The notes beneath the pieces were generated by a model. It did not search any database. It saw only the letters and a program-made list of their open reading frames with translations, and was not told where the DNA came from. Below are positions 23,952 to 37,551 of a stretch of 64,000 nucleotides of DNA, piece after piece. A program made the translations under genes and the position numbers. Within the stretch, counting starts at the first letter, position 1; each line of letters begins with the position of its first letter. Origin of the DNA: Parasitella parasitica NRRL 2501 (Eukaryota > Fungi > Mucoromycota); NCBI GenBank assembly GCA_025201805.1, contig MU619280.1:96927-160926 (forward strand). The letters are read 5' to 3'.

Positions 23952-25782
23952 ATGTCTAGCTCAATTCCTGATAACTTTTTAGCTTGTACACTTGGGGTTT
24001 CGGCAGCAATTATCACAGCATTGGCGATAAAGTATCCTGATCGAGCTTTGTTTGATGAACGCAGGGAAGGCATTGCGGAAAAGCCTGGTTGGCCAATTGT
24101 AGGCCGTTTACCTGAAATTGTCAGTAATGCAGAGACGCTGCACGAATATTTACTTCATGGATTTACTTCAACCAACTCTTTAACAACGTATGAGGTGTCA
24201 CAAATTTTGGAAATTCACGCCTAATAGTTAAATATCATTAGTACTGCTTCGGCACTAGGTTTACCTCGTACTATCTCAACTGTAGATCCCCGCAATATTG
24301 AGCATATACTCAAACGTATAAACTTGCAACGGCATTATGCAGTGTAACATACTAAAAAAATTTTTTACACATAGATAATTTTGAGAATTATGCTAAAGGT
24401 CCACAGTTGAATGCAGCAACAGGCGATTTGTTTGGCCATGGCATTTTCAATGCTAATGGTGAACAATGGAAGTACCAAAGAAAAACAGCAAGCCATATAT
24501 TTAATATCAAGAACTTTAGAGACCTTTTTACAGAGTAAAGACGTTGTAGATCATTTTAAATGCTGCATGTATTCTAAAAAAAAACTTATTCCGGCTGACA
24601 GGGTCTTCGTCAAGGAACTTGATAAAATGTGTAAAGACGTATTGGGTAAAGCTGTAGCTTTGAATCAAGTCGTTGATTTTCATGATACTATGTTCAAATT
24701 CACATTGGATTCATTTATCTTGTAAAGTCGAGTATGCATATTCAACTATAACTACAACTGAAAGCTAATTTTTCTTACGATAGACTGGGATTTGGCGTAC
24801 AACTAAACGCTTTAGGCAGTACGGAAAAAGTGCCTTTTGCTGCTTCATTTGATGAATGCCAATTAAACAGTTTCCAGCGTTTTGTAAATCCCTTTTGGAG
24901 AGTGACAGAGCCTATTGCAAATTTGATAAGCCCTTGGAAGAAGAGCATTAATCAACACTTGGACACTGTAAACAGCTTTGCTAATGAAGTTATTGAAGGA
25001 CGTAGAAAGCAACTGGCTGATGGTGAAACACATCATCGTGATCTACTGTCAAGATTTATGGATGCCCACAACGAAAATGACCAACCATTAAGCAATAAGG
25101 AACTACGAGACATCGTTTTGAACTTTGTCATTGCTGGAAGAGACACCACAGCACAAGCATTATCTTGGACATTCTACATGCTGATGCTTCATCCTCGAGT
25201 TGAGTCAAAGCTGCTAAAGGAGATCCTTGAAAGTATTAAAGATGATATACCTGACGATCCAGTCGCCTTGTATGATATAATCAAGAATATGACATATGCT
25301 CATGCTGTGTAAGTTTTGCTCGCTTGATCTCACTAGCCGAGTGTCTAATTCTTTATTTCAGATTTTTTGAGGTTTTACGGCTATACCCATCTGTGCCCAA
25401 CAATCAAAAATACGCACTGAATGTCGACGTTTTGCCTGATGGGACGCCTATTCGCAAAGGTGATTATGTAATGTGGTGTCCATGGGCCCAAGGCCGCAAT
25501 GAAGCTGTGTGGGGGCCTGATGCAAAAGAGTTTAAACCTGAACGATGGATTACTGCTGATGGTGAACTTCGTCGTGAATCCCAAGGTCAATGGCCAGCAT
25601 TTCATGCCGGGCCCCGTGTTTGTCTTGGGCAGAATTTAGCTATTTTGGAGGCACTTGTTGCCATGGTTTTCCTTGTTAAACGATACAAATTTAAATTGGT
25701 TCCAGGACAAAACATTACCTATCAAGTTTCATTAACTTTGCCCATGAAGGAAGGAATGAAGGTTTATGTGCAGAAACGATGA
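23952..25782 (+). CDS. Cytochrome P450, fatty acid omega-hydroxylase-like (CYP52/CYP86/CYP704-like)
   Basis: Motifs PGWPIVG, AGRDTT, EVLR, PERW and FHAGPRVCLG (heme Cys). Multi-exon. Confidence 0.95.
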
Positions 25783-26526
25783 TGCAAACTCTACGATCTA
25801 TAGTCTTTGTTCACTTCCCTGCTGTATCATATCACAAATAGTATTATATTTTAACTCACCGTAGAATAGTATTTATTAATTTATATGGCACAGTTTTGTT
25901 CGAAATAATGAGATCGTCTATATTGTACTATTATCGTCTCTAAAAGCTTCAGTTCAAAATGATGTTTCTAAAAAAAAAAACCAACCAATAAGAAAGCTTA
26001 GCATAATCCAACAACACCTTGGCACAACCATCTGCTCATCTCGTTAGCTCAGATAGGAGTTTTGATGTCCAAATGACAAAGTATGATCAAGTATATCCGA
26101 ATGTTGATGAAAACGTTGCATCAAAAAATCAATAACAAGTCTGCCGAAAAGTGATGTGCATTCAAATATTTCGAAACAATAAGAAGAAACTTGCCGTAAA
26201 TTCATGGCTTTCAGCTGTATTCGAACAGTAAAAAAAAGTAGATAGTACATAGAGATAGTCGAACATTATAATAATTCACACTTTGTTGTGGTATATCTCA
26301 TATCTTAATATAAATAGTATAAAAAGCTAAACGCAATTCATTAATAAAATGGATTTTTTTTTCCTGATTAAAGTACAGCAGTCTAATAAATCATTTATCA
26401 GATAAATGCCATTTTATCAACTACTCAACCAACTTTTGTTTATTTCAGGTTTCGGGACAACCTTCAGGGCAAGAATGTGGGTTGCGATAAATAAAGCCGG
26501 CGTATCCATTATCAAAAGAAAAAGTA

Positions 26527-26549
26527 TACAGTCGGGGACTCGTTATAAC
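26527..26549 (+). mobile_element. Possible solo pogo/Tc1-type terminal repeat
   Basis: TA followed by CAGTCGGGGACTCGTTATAAC resembles pogo-like ends (CAGTC...CTCG.TATAAC). No partner found by eye. Confidence 0.3.
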
Positions 26550-28839
26550 AAAAAGATTGGTATACAAAATGTGTTTGGTATAGCGCGTCATCCCCTATTC
26601 AGAATTTGATACTCTATAAGACAGTGCCTGGAACCTAGAATCTACCAGAAGCTTATTATAAAGCTTAACTTTTATTAGTAAAATTATCCTCAACCTCCAT
26701 TTCACTTTCTATTTTACATATGTTTAGCATTAGAATCACAAAAAAAGGAACTCTTGAACTAAAACCAAACATTATTATAAGCAATAATGGTACCAGGACT
26801 TCTCTGTCACTAGCAATTAGCAACTTATGAATTATTCACAAATAACAAGGGGTCATTACAGCAAAACATTGTATTTATGAATTATCCTCTTCTGCTTCCA
26901 AGTAGATGAGCCACACCTGTTTTATCATATTACTATGAAAAAAGGTATACTTGTTGGCATCAAAAATATTTACTTTATAGAGCTGCGTCATGTAGTAGAA
27001 CTGATATTGACAAATGTCGTTTCCAGAAAGATATTTTTACAGCTTAAAAGCAAGAACTTTAGCATTGTATACCATTTTTTGATCAATTTTCATAATCAAA
27101 AGTATCCTGAAAACACCAGAAATAGTATCCATTGGAAAAAATCTATATTATATATGATTTTAGTGCAATTTGAGCATGATTTTTTTTTCGATGCAAAATG
27201 ACGGATTTTTTCGATTTTTTCCTTGTATCCACACATCCAAAATCATCGATTATGCATTATCCTCAATTTTGACCTCAAAAATGCAACTTTTTACTATATC
27301 ATATATTAGAGAAAAATGATTGTGAAAGGTCATTCCTTGATCTGAAAGACTGGAAATGCGCTCTGATTAAGCAAAATGTTGACTTTTCCCTCTTAATCTG
27401 TTTTTTAAATTTTTCGGCTGAATTCCTTCCATAGGCATACGGGGATCATGAAAATAACACTATCATGTAGCGTGACCAAATATACAGCTATTATCATAGA
27501 CTGACAGCCGTCGTATGCATAGTATCAGAGGATGATATCTTGCCTCAAAAGAGTAATTTTGTTTTCTAATTGTCCAAATAGAGTTTCTGAAAGAATTTTC
27601 CCTTCCTGATTTTGGACGCGTTTAATCTCCGCTATCAAAGAAAATGGTGTCATTTGAAGAAAACATTAGCTTTGAGAAGCCATAGCTTACCCAATTCTAG
27701 AGAAAAATAATTTTGATCTAATTTATTTAAACTGTGTACTTCTTGGCTCTCTGGTTGTAGTACTTTCATGTCTGCACCTGGCTTGACGATCTCACGCTCC
27801 GATTTTGAAAAATACTTTTCCGAAAAAAGTCAAAAAAGGTGTTACTTTCATCTGATGTCAACTCGTAAAGTACAAAAACTTGCTCTAAGCTATGCAAATA
27901 TGTAATCAAATGGTGCCTTATAGTCAAATTCATTACTTGGCGTTACTTGTTCTTGTGTTAGAGATTGCTAGACATTGTTTTCTTACAGTCTTCGTCTTTT
28001 TTCTGAAAATAACACACGGAAGTTCGCGTAGACTATGAAAAACAAAAAAATCAGGTTCCTAAAATCTACCCTGACTTAACTCAATAAAAATGATAACGTA
28101 AAGTTATAAAAATGGAGATTGTCATTAAAGGAGAAAACAGGATGAAATGGTTGGTTTAAACTTAGATTCAGGGATAAACTGCCATTGTGTAAATGCATAA
28201 TTTGAAGGATGCGTACAACTTGATGCCTTACCAATATATGTACTTTGATAGTTTGATAGTTTGACGGTTTTGCAATCAAGTTAAATACCTTTGCTGTTCT
28301 ATGGACTTGTTTAAATATTTGAGCCTATTTAGATGTCTAATATTTAACAAATGTATCTGAAATAATTTATCAACATTTAAACATTATGGTATTCAAATAA
28401 TTTTGTATTGTGGCCCGTTGGTGATTGTTCAGTTTCAGGTTTTAAAGTATATGTTGATAATGTTGATAAAGAATTTTCATTGTATTAAAAAATAGGATAA
28501 CAGAAACCCCAATAGTCATTCATTCAAAAATTCTTATTGCTTCTGCAAAATGGCTGTTTGATCAAAAATGAAATAATTAGGGTGTCGCAATTTCCCATAT
28601 CCTTATAAAATGTTCGCCATGTCCCTCAGCTTTTATCAGGTAAAAAGTTTGTGTCAGAAACCCTATTATATGTTATCACAAACACCGAGACATTTATCAC
28701 CTACTTCTACTTTTTTTCCTTTGCCCTCAAGTAAACAACCAATTAAAGTGGGAATTTTAGCGAAAAGAAGAATGAAAATGCAAATATTATGAAGGGTTCC
28801 TTTTTTTTTATGAAGGATTTATTTTGATTTTATCGTACT

Positions 28840-30048
28840 CTATTTCTTGTTTTTAGTGGCAGCAACCTTCTTGGTAATCTTTTTGCTTTCGTTCTTTTTA
28901 GCAGAAGGAACGGCAATCTTCTTTTCAGTAACAGCAGGCGCCTTCTTCTTCGTGACAGTAGCTTTCTTAGAAGTAGCGGTGGGCTTTTTAGCATCAGTCG
29001 TTTTATCGTCATCGTTGATTTCTGCCTTGGGAAGAGCTGTATAGATAGGAAGGAAAGGAGAATTTTCAGATTCAATTCCAAACATCTCGACTTGATCCAA
29101 CTTGTGAGCAGTAATCTTGATAATCTCTGGCATAGCGGCTTCGTAGTTTTTTAACACATCTTTCTCAGACATGGCAAAGTTGCCAATGAGGATACGACTA
29201 TGTATGATTGCGAGATTTAGAATACACATATCATATAAACACAAACACGCACTCTCCCTGCCAATATAGAATTACTTACGATTTAAGGCCATTGTTTAAT
29301 TTAACGGTAGTAGAATTTATAACGTTTTGAATATTGGTTTTTAATGATCCGTTATGCTTCATGGTAACAGGCATTCTTTGAGTTGATTGAAGAAGGTTGC
29401 ATCAATTACGATTCCAAATTTGCTATAATTTGCTTGCTTACCTGCTCTTTGTACGGAAAGCTTTACCAAGAAGACTAGGAATCAATGGGGCAACTCTGTC
29501 ATCAGCAACAAACAAATTATAGGATGCTGCAAGCTTTCTCTTGGATTCATAAGATTTGTATATAGTTTTGAGCGAGTTAAGGTTGATAACCTTAGGGGCA
29601 CATGTTAGTGTATTTGGGAGATAGTGTAAACATCAACAGTTGTAGTTTACCTTTTTAATTGGAGAGTTCTTTGCCTTTACTTCAACCTTCTTTTCATCGT
29701 CTTTAGTGAAATAGCAAACCTCCAAATCTTCGGAAAAGGGGCTAACAGGCAACTTACTATCATTTGATGTATTAGTTGTCGGCTGAAATGATATTCCGTG
29801 CTCATATACAAAACTCACATTTGCTTCAGCTTGGCTTGAGCCTTATTCATAATTTTGTGAGTGTGGATTACAACGTAAACAGCATTATCTTCATCGTCGT
29901 TAAGCATGTCATTTTCTGCCTTGTTCTTGTTGAATTTGTACAAGGCAGTGATAGCCTTCTTGGCCTAGCAATCAATCCGTTTAATGGTAAACATGCTTCA
30001 CTTTTGACCTCTAAACCTTACCTGTTGGGTGTCTAACTTTTGAGTCAT
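28840..30048 (-). CDS. Ribosomal L1 domain protein (RSL1D1/Cic1/Utp30-like), multi-exon
   Basis: Motifs EVCYFTKD, KVINL..LK..YK.YE..RKL..SY.LFVADDRV, LGKAF, IGNFAM and LPIY, plus a Lys-rich tail. Confidence 0.88.
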
Positions 30049-30308
30049 TTAGATAGTAATTGCTTGAATATGGTATAAAGAAGTTTTTTTGATTTCACAT
30101 TTCTTTTTTTCTAAATCAAAAAAAATTGACCTTGCCCTTAAGCCACTTGAGAGTCACTTGATAGAAGAAGTTGACTGAAAAGACACCGCCTCCAGGCAAA
30201 AGGGCACCCTTCAGAGAGAGAGATGATGGACAACTCCGCATAAATGAAGTCTGTAGATAACTTTGACCTGAATTTCTTTTAGACAAAATAACGCGCAAAC
30301 GACTTGAA

Positions 30309-31427
30309 ATGTTTAATATAGGCCGCAAGACGATATACACATGTTTCTTGGCCTCTATACAGATTGCAGGCATTGCCTTATTTTGTAAAGGATTCTTCCC
30401 ATACAAAATTTATTTGCCAGGTTATGCTGGCAAAGGTGATCAATTCAGTTTGCATGAACACCCCCCAGAACCCGAGTTTGACAGACTTGTTTTTGTGGTC
30501 ATCGACGCCTTGCGAAAGTAAATGAATATGCTGTAATTGATTCAATCTTACTGACTCATTATAGTGATTTTTTGATCGGCAAAGACTCTGGATTCGACTT
30601 TGTCAATAGCCTAGTAGACCAAGGTTCAGCATTCCCTTTTACAGCCAAAGCAACAGCACCTACTGTCACGCTACCTCGCATCAAGGCACTAACCACTGGC
30701 ACAATCCCGAGTTTTTTGGACGCCATCTTGAACATTGCAGAGTCAGACTCATCCTCTTCTCTGGACAATCATGACAATTGGGTCTATCAGCTCAAAAATC
30801 AAAACAAGACAATCCATTTCTTCGGTGACGATACCTGGATAAGGCTCTTTCCCAAAATATTTGACAAGACAGATGGAACCACGTCATTTTATGTGTCTGA
30901 TACAACAGAAGTCGATCTCAATGTTACTCGGCACATCAACACAGATCTCGTAAAGGACGATTGGGATGCAGTGATACTTCATTACTTGGGATTAGATCAT
31001 ATCGGCCATTTAGGTGGACCCCAGAGCCCGCTCATGAAGCCCAAGCAAAAGGAAATGGACCAAGCAATTGAATCCATGTATGAGATTGTGGCAGAACAGG
31101 ATGCTAGACGAATTCAGGAACATACAAATGCTAAGGGAACTTTGATTGTTGTATGTGGAGATCACGGCATGAACGAAAAAGGTAACCATGGTGGATCTTC
31201 TATTGGTGAGACATCTGCAGGGCTAGTTTTCATGAGCCCACGATTTGAATCGAGACCCTTTAAGCAAAATTATGTTCAGCGTACACTTGAAATTCCAGTA
31301 ATTGATCAAATTGATATCGTACCAACTTTGGCAACATTGTTTTCTTTTCCCATCCCCAAGAACAATCTCGGAAAAGTAATTTTAGATCTGTATTCTCCAA
31401 AGCAAGGTAAGAGAATTACAACACAAG

Positions 31428-31462
<35 letters not shown>

Positions 31463-33406
31463 CCTTAAATCTAACAGGTGCTGCTATACATAGATTTCAA
31501 GCGTATTCTGGACAGTGTTTTGCGCAATGCATCCCAACTAGGGCAGTTGTTATCAAAGCTTATGCCAGGAATATCGGAATACTTGGAAACACCGTTTGCA
31601 CATGTTAATGACGCAACTTTTCCTTCTGGGCAATCATATGCAAAGGCAGTTTCTTTGCATAGAAAATATCTCATCACTAAAGACGATTCTACAGCAAAAC
31701 AATCCCTGGCATTGTATGACCAAGTATGTTATTGCATGTCTGCACTTAACTGTTTAGAATTATTAATCACATGATCAATAGTTTGTTGGGTTTGCACAAT
31801 CTCACCTATCAAATACTGCGAGTGATTATAATATACAGTTTATGCTAACTGGTATTGCATTGATGTCTTGTGGCGCCATTGGATTCATCTATTTATCGCT
31901 GTTGCAACGACAAAAACAACTGCGCCATACGGATGTTTGGGGTTTTTGTCGATATTTTAGCGTATTTGCGCTGGTGTTGTATGCTACGAGTATGTTTGCC
32001 AGTAGTTTTGTCGAGGAAGAACACTATACCTGGTATTATCTATTGCAGACAGTGACATTTCTATGCGCTATCTCAAGGTTCGTATAAAGTCTTCATTGAT
32101 ATTAAAATGTGGGTGCGTGCGTTTGTGTGTGTAACAAGTTTGACGAGTAGCTTCCGTGTTCCGGCTGTGCATCTTAGCCAGGCACTTCATCCAGTTGGTC
32201 TGTGTTTTGCGCAAATGGTTCTCGTACGTATAGCTATTGCATGGAACCACGGCCGTCTTTCCGACTTCATACTGTCGTATTCAGGAGCACAATGGCACCT
32301 AATGGCACTGGTGTTATTCACTACGGTTGTCTCCGGAATCACCACCTTGTACAAGCTATCACATAGATCAATAGCAATAGATGTCAATTCAACGGCTGCT
32401 ATCATTCACAATGTTATCAGGGCTGTCATGCTGGTTATCATAGTACTCATCTCTGTGTTGGTTTTTATTTATAAATTAAGAGCAACGCCTGATTCAATCG
32501 ATGATGTGATTCCCATGTATGCAGGCTTACAGAATTGGACATTGGTCCAGCCCTTGGATCAGGTAAAACTTGGAAGGTTAATTTACAATTATGGAGGAGC
32601 AGGTTTGTTTGTTTTGGGCGGATTGTTTTACATAACAAAAAGAGCGCTTTTGATGGATTTAGCACATGAAGAGGAGCCACATCTGCAAGCGCAAACACAA
32701 TTGCAAGGCACTGCTCAAATGGGTATGCTGCTTAAATCGGCTCTTCTGGAGCCCCATCTGACACAACAGCAATTGACCTTTTGTGTCTCCGCATTTTTAT
32801 GTAGATAACAAAAGGATCCTGTTACTTGAAATGTTGGTGCATTTGGTTACGCCTCTCCTAATATTACAAAGTGGAACACAGAATGCAATACTGTTTTTAC
32901 TTTTCCAGATGCAACTCAAATTACTTCAAAGGTTTCAATTTCATCTGGAAGATAACAAACATCCCATACCCACATGGCTGATTGGCGTCTTAATCACATG
33001 CTTGGGCCAGGCTTCCTTCTTTTTGACAGGACACGGCAACTCTTTGGCTTCAGTAGACCTTAGCAACGCATATGTAGGTATACAAGAATACGATACTCTG
33101 CTTATCGGCATATCTACATTCTGTTCCAATTGGTCTGGAAGCATTTGGTGGTCGGTTGCTGGCTGGGCACTCTTACCGCGAGAAAAGAGATGGTTTTCTT
33201 ACGTGTTGACACAGACGATAATGTTCAGCGTTGCTATAACAACGCTCTCTATATCAGTCACTGTATTGCGAGAGCATTTGTTCATTTGGACAGTATTCTC
33301 TCCTAAATATCTGTATCAAGTTGCCTGGAATTTCTTGTTACATTGGATTGTGCAAGTTTTGATTGGTAGCATCATTACACAAGCATTTTTTTCATGTGCA
33401 GGATGA
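30309..33406 (+). CDS. GPI7: GPI ethanolamine phosphate transferase 2 (PIG-G)
   Basis: Motifs VVIDALR, PTVTLPRIKA.TTG..PSFLD, HYLGLDHIGH, GDHGM, ASSFVEEEH and HLFIWTVFSPKYLY. Confidence 0.94.
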
Positions 33407-33908
33407 AGCCGGAATAAGCTCATGCATTTGTAAGCAGATTGCGTTGAGAAGCTTTTTTTTATATATTTGTAGACAGGGCTTTCTCGATTGACAAATAAAG
33501 ATTCCTGGATGATCGATTGACGTAAAAAATTTTATCAAAGAAATGAAGAGCAAAAGCTTTCAGCCAAGGCATAGAATCTAACTAAAATTTGCTTCATAAA
33601 CATCAAATGGACAGCATTACAAGTTTACAAAATAGTCAAATAGAATGATTTATTTCTTCTAGAAAAAAAGAGGAAAAAATAAAAAGTATGAAGATGGTGT
33701 GAATGAACAAGTAAAGGAATTGATTTCCTTCAAACATATATGAAAAGTGTATACAGTATCTGATGCTATATATATATGAGAAAAAAAAAAGATGATGATT
33801 GACAAAGATATATACCAACTAATAGAGAGGGAAGCATAAATCATATAGGACATGTATAAAATAAACTAAAACAACGATTTGTGGAAAGCATATTTTAAGT
33901 GGCACAAA

Positions 33909-34757
33909 TTACTTGAAATAGCCATTGTGTGTTTTTTGTTGATGGTTGCGATGTCGACCTTGTTGAACTTTATTGGGGCCTTCCCGACAGTTAAATTCCG
34001 TGCGAAAATGGCGAACCCGAGCATCTGAACGAGCAAAGCTCTTTTTACAGCATGGACAAGAGTATGGCTTGCTGCCCGTGTGAATCCTTTTGTGTCTTGC
34101 GGCATCATATTTCCGGGCAAAGGAGCGATTGCAAAAGTTGCAAGGAAACGTTTTTTGGCGAGTTGCCTTGTCAACCTTTGGCGAATTTAGATATTCTTCT
34201 GGTTGTGGTTGTGATTGCGGTTGCGATCCTGGCCTTTGATCTTCTACTACAGCCATCTCTCTGAGAGGTGAAAAAGACAGCGAGGATACAGAGAACATGG
34301 ATTCTGGCGAACTGGGAAATTGTTGGTTATATTGGCTGTCAAAAAATGGCTCTTGCTGTGCCTGCAGCTGCTGGGCAAAGTAATAGGATTCATCAAACTC
34401 CATTTTAACGGCAGGCCCACCAGGCACCGTAGAGCAGATTGCGGGAGCAGATACAGGCAAGAAAAAGTAACCCAGCGTCTCATCATCTTCAATTGGATAC
34501 GAAGAGGGAAGGCATTTGTCATAGACAACAGTACCGGTAGGTGTGAAAATATCACTTGACAATGATTGACTTAAATAGTCAAAATCTTCAATGGAGCTAC
34601 TGCTGCTACTGCAAGTACTGCTTGAAATGCTGCAGCTGGTGTAAACATCTGGTAATGGCTTTTGCTGGCCATTGTTTCCAAGAAAAATAGAAGCGTTTAA
34701 GAGATAGTTTTCCATAGAATAGTATTGATTACTATTTTGATCATATATTGTTGTCAT
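33909..34757 (-). CDS. C2H2 zinc finger transcription factor (two fingers)
   Basis: FPCNFCNRSFARKYDAARHKRIHTGSKPYSCPCCKKSFARSDARVRH. Likely ATG at 34757. Confidence 0.9.
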   Translation of the reverse strand: MTTIYDQNSNQYYSMENYLLNASIFLGNNGQQKPLPDVYTSCSISSSTCSSSSSSIEDFDYLSQSLSSDIFTPTGTVVYDKCLPSSYPIEDDETLGYFFLPVSAPAICSTVPGGPAVKMEFDESYYFAQQLQAQQEPFFDSQYNQQFPSSPESMFSVSSLSFSPLREMAVVEDQRPGSQPQSQPQPEEYLNSPKVDKATRQKTFPCNFCNRSFARKYDAARHKRIHTGSKPYSCPCCKKSFARSDARVRHFRTEFNCREGPNKVQQGRHRNHQQKTHNGYFK

Positions 34758-37090
34758 TTTTGAAAAAAGAATTAGATTAGGGAAAAGCGAATGGAGGAAA
34801 CAAAAGAAAGAGAGTACTAAATCGATGGAAATTGGCTTTTTTTTATTACTCAACTCTATTTTTATATCAAAAAGAAATCAGGGAGATATTGTTGTGTCGT
34901 GTTGTGTTGTGTATGTAGATAAAAAATCAGATATTTACAAACTGGAAATATAACAATATACACCTTGGCTGCATATGACTATTCAAGATTCGGATGTTCT
35001 TTACAAGTGTAACCATTATTATTACAAGAAAACAAATTAAATCACATGATCATATCTATTAGTCCCCCATCCCTATCAAAAATGTAAATGGTTGATACAT
35101 TTATTGAGGATTATAGTCTCTTCATGTAACATGTAAATATAAACAAATGGCAAATATGTTACCAATGATAAAATAAAATATCTAGGAGATGAACATCCAA
35201 TCAGAGGTGGTAAACTATATACTAAAACGTATATGCTTAACCGAGAATTTTGTGTTTTACCCATAACCGATTTGAAATGTGATATGATTATCTTTGGCAT
35301 CATTTTTATTGATATGTCTTTTGGCTTGTATCATGATACATGATGATAAGCCGATCCTATGCCCGTTTTGAAATAGCGCGCATTTGTTCTTTTAATTATG
35401 ATGCACTAGTGATGAGATGGCATAGAGCGATATGCTCCTCCTTTCTTGTATTATGCAGATAATCAAAATTCACAGACTAATGCAAGCTCCAAATATTCGG
35501 GTGTTCATAATGATGGTGTTATAAAAAAAATGAAGCTTAACTCTATTTGACTTATTGTCATAGCCGCCTCTATATATATATAAATATGAACACACACTCA
35601 AAACCATAGAAAATTCGTAATAAAAAAAGGGAGAGAGGAGGCGCAACACATATAAACAAAAGGCCCAATTCGACCCATTCCCGTCTATGCCAGAAGCTTC
35701 AAGTACAATCGTGAAGGGAGGAAACTTTAAATAGGAAATTAAAAACCAAGTTACGGTATTTGGTCACAAGGGTCACATGCAAATATAAAGAAAAAAAAGG
35801 CTACCCCAATCCCGAATATATGGGTAGGGTTTAGCGATTTCTCTTTTTGTTTTACTTTACGTGTCCCTCATCATTGTTATTTTATTTTATTTTACATTAT
35901 TTTTTGGCACAAACCAATGGATCTGAAGCCATCCCTGTTTTTAAATATCTTGGATCAAAGAAGTATTTCATCGTCAGCTGTCAAAATCAGTTACTATCTT
36001 TCACACTTTGAAGATGCACAAAAATGGTAATGTTTATCTTAGCTATTCTAATACCATCAGTCTGGATGTTCCAGAGAACAAAAAAGATCCACTATAGTAT
36101 TTCCTTTTTTGTCAGAAGAAAAGAGGAGGGAAGAAAAGACTAGACGAGATTCTTTGTAATGTGTGTGTTGATCTGTGTGAAAGACGAAAACCTGTTATCA
36201 GGAGGGGAGATATAATTACAAAAAATATCATAAATCACACCATTTTCATAGAGATCCAACTTGTTAACGAATCCAATTAAAATGAACCCACTGCAAGAAA
36301 TTTTTTTGGTTTCTTTGAATTTGCATTTGACACTGAAAGCAATTACAAGGATTTATTGGTAGTCCCAAATCTGGCATCTGCTGATCAATTTTCAGCATTT
36401 TGATGTAAGGTATCAAGTAATCCTGCATCAGGGCTGTGAAACTTAATTAGCCATTTAGTCAACTTTCCCATGGTGAAAAGGAAATATGAGTAGAGCTGCA
36501 TCGGATGTCCCTAACTGGGGTTGCATCAATTTGATATTATTCTATGGTATATGCTTTTAACACAAGTTTCACTATTTTTATACAAACCCGACATCTTATT
36601 AAATGCTAGTATTTTGGTATAGACGCCCTTCTTATTTTGTATTTCTTTTATTGCTGTTTCATCATTTTCCATAACTTCCTATTTGCATACAGATATTCCT
36701 TCAACTCGAATCACATAGCAATTAACAAAAGCTTGATGAAAAAAAAAACACGCGTTCCTGAATCTCTTATCATCTGTTTTTTTTCGATCTCTTTCGATCT
36801 TAGAGTTTTATTTACACAAAACATGTAAAGGCATCAGAAAAGTAAACAATTACAGACATGAGAAAGACATGTTGTATGCCGAGCAATTACTATAATAATT
36901 TATCGATTCATGCACAAAAATCAAATATTTAGTGATAGAGCATTTGCTGCTTTTGGACCCTTCCTATGATGTCTGGACGATCAATTAAAAGTACAACTTT
37001 AATATTCATACAATAACTAATGTCTATGCTATTGCGTTTTTTATTTTTCAGTATACATGAATGATCCAAGTAAGCTACAAAAAATATTCA

Positions 37091-37456
37091 TTATGGCACT
37101 GTTTCCTCCTGACTTAATACAAGAACAAGAGAAGGGTCGTATTCCAGTAAAGCAGCAACTAATTTTGCATCATCCTCATCCAAGCCTAAAAGTATTGTCG
37201 GGTCGTACTGACTGGAAATAGCTTCAGTGTTACAGGACGAACTCTCGTATAAAGTTGGTGTTGCAACATCGTTAGATGATGTTTCGACAAATTTGATCTT
37301 CTTTGCTGGTCGATCCTTACATTTAGATAATCTCTCCAATCTAATTTTCTTGCTCTTTCTTTTAAGTAACGGAAGTTCCCTAACGCTGCTTGTGGGAGGC
37401 TGATGATATGGAATAATTTGAAGGGAAGTAGTGCCTTTATCTTGCTGTAATGTCAT
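37091..37456 (-). CDS. Hypothetical small protein
   Basis: 121-aa ATG-initiated open frame with basic NLS-like patches and an acidic C-terminus. No recognised domain. Confidence 0.4.
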   Translation of the reverse strand: MTLQQDKGTTSLQIIPYHQPPTSSVRELPLLKRKSKKIRLERLSKCKDRPAKKIKFVETSSNDVATPTLYESSSCNTEAISSQYDPTILLGLDEDDAKLVAALLEYDPSLVLVLSQEETVP

Positions 37457-37508
37457 TTCAAAAAGATTGCTAAATGCCAATGCTCATAAAAAAAGCGTTT
37501 ATTATACT

Positions 37509-37515
<7 letters not shown>

Positions 37516-37548
<33 letters not shown>
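37516..37548. repeat. (TA)n microsatellite
   Basis: Seen directly, immediately 3' of the UNC-50 stop codon. Confidence 0.9.

Positions 37549-37551
<3 letters not shown>

Noticed and set aside
30041-30048. TGAGTCAT as a Gcn4 site
   Set aside because: It is the ATG ACT CA start of the L1-domain gene on the minus strand and is probably coincidental.
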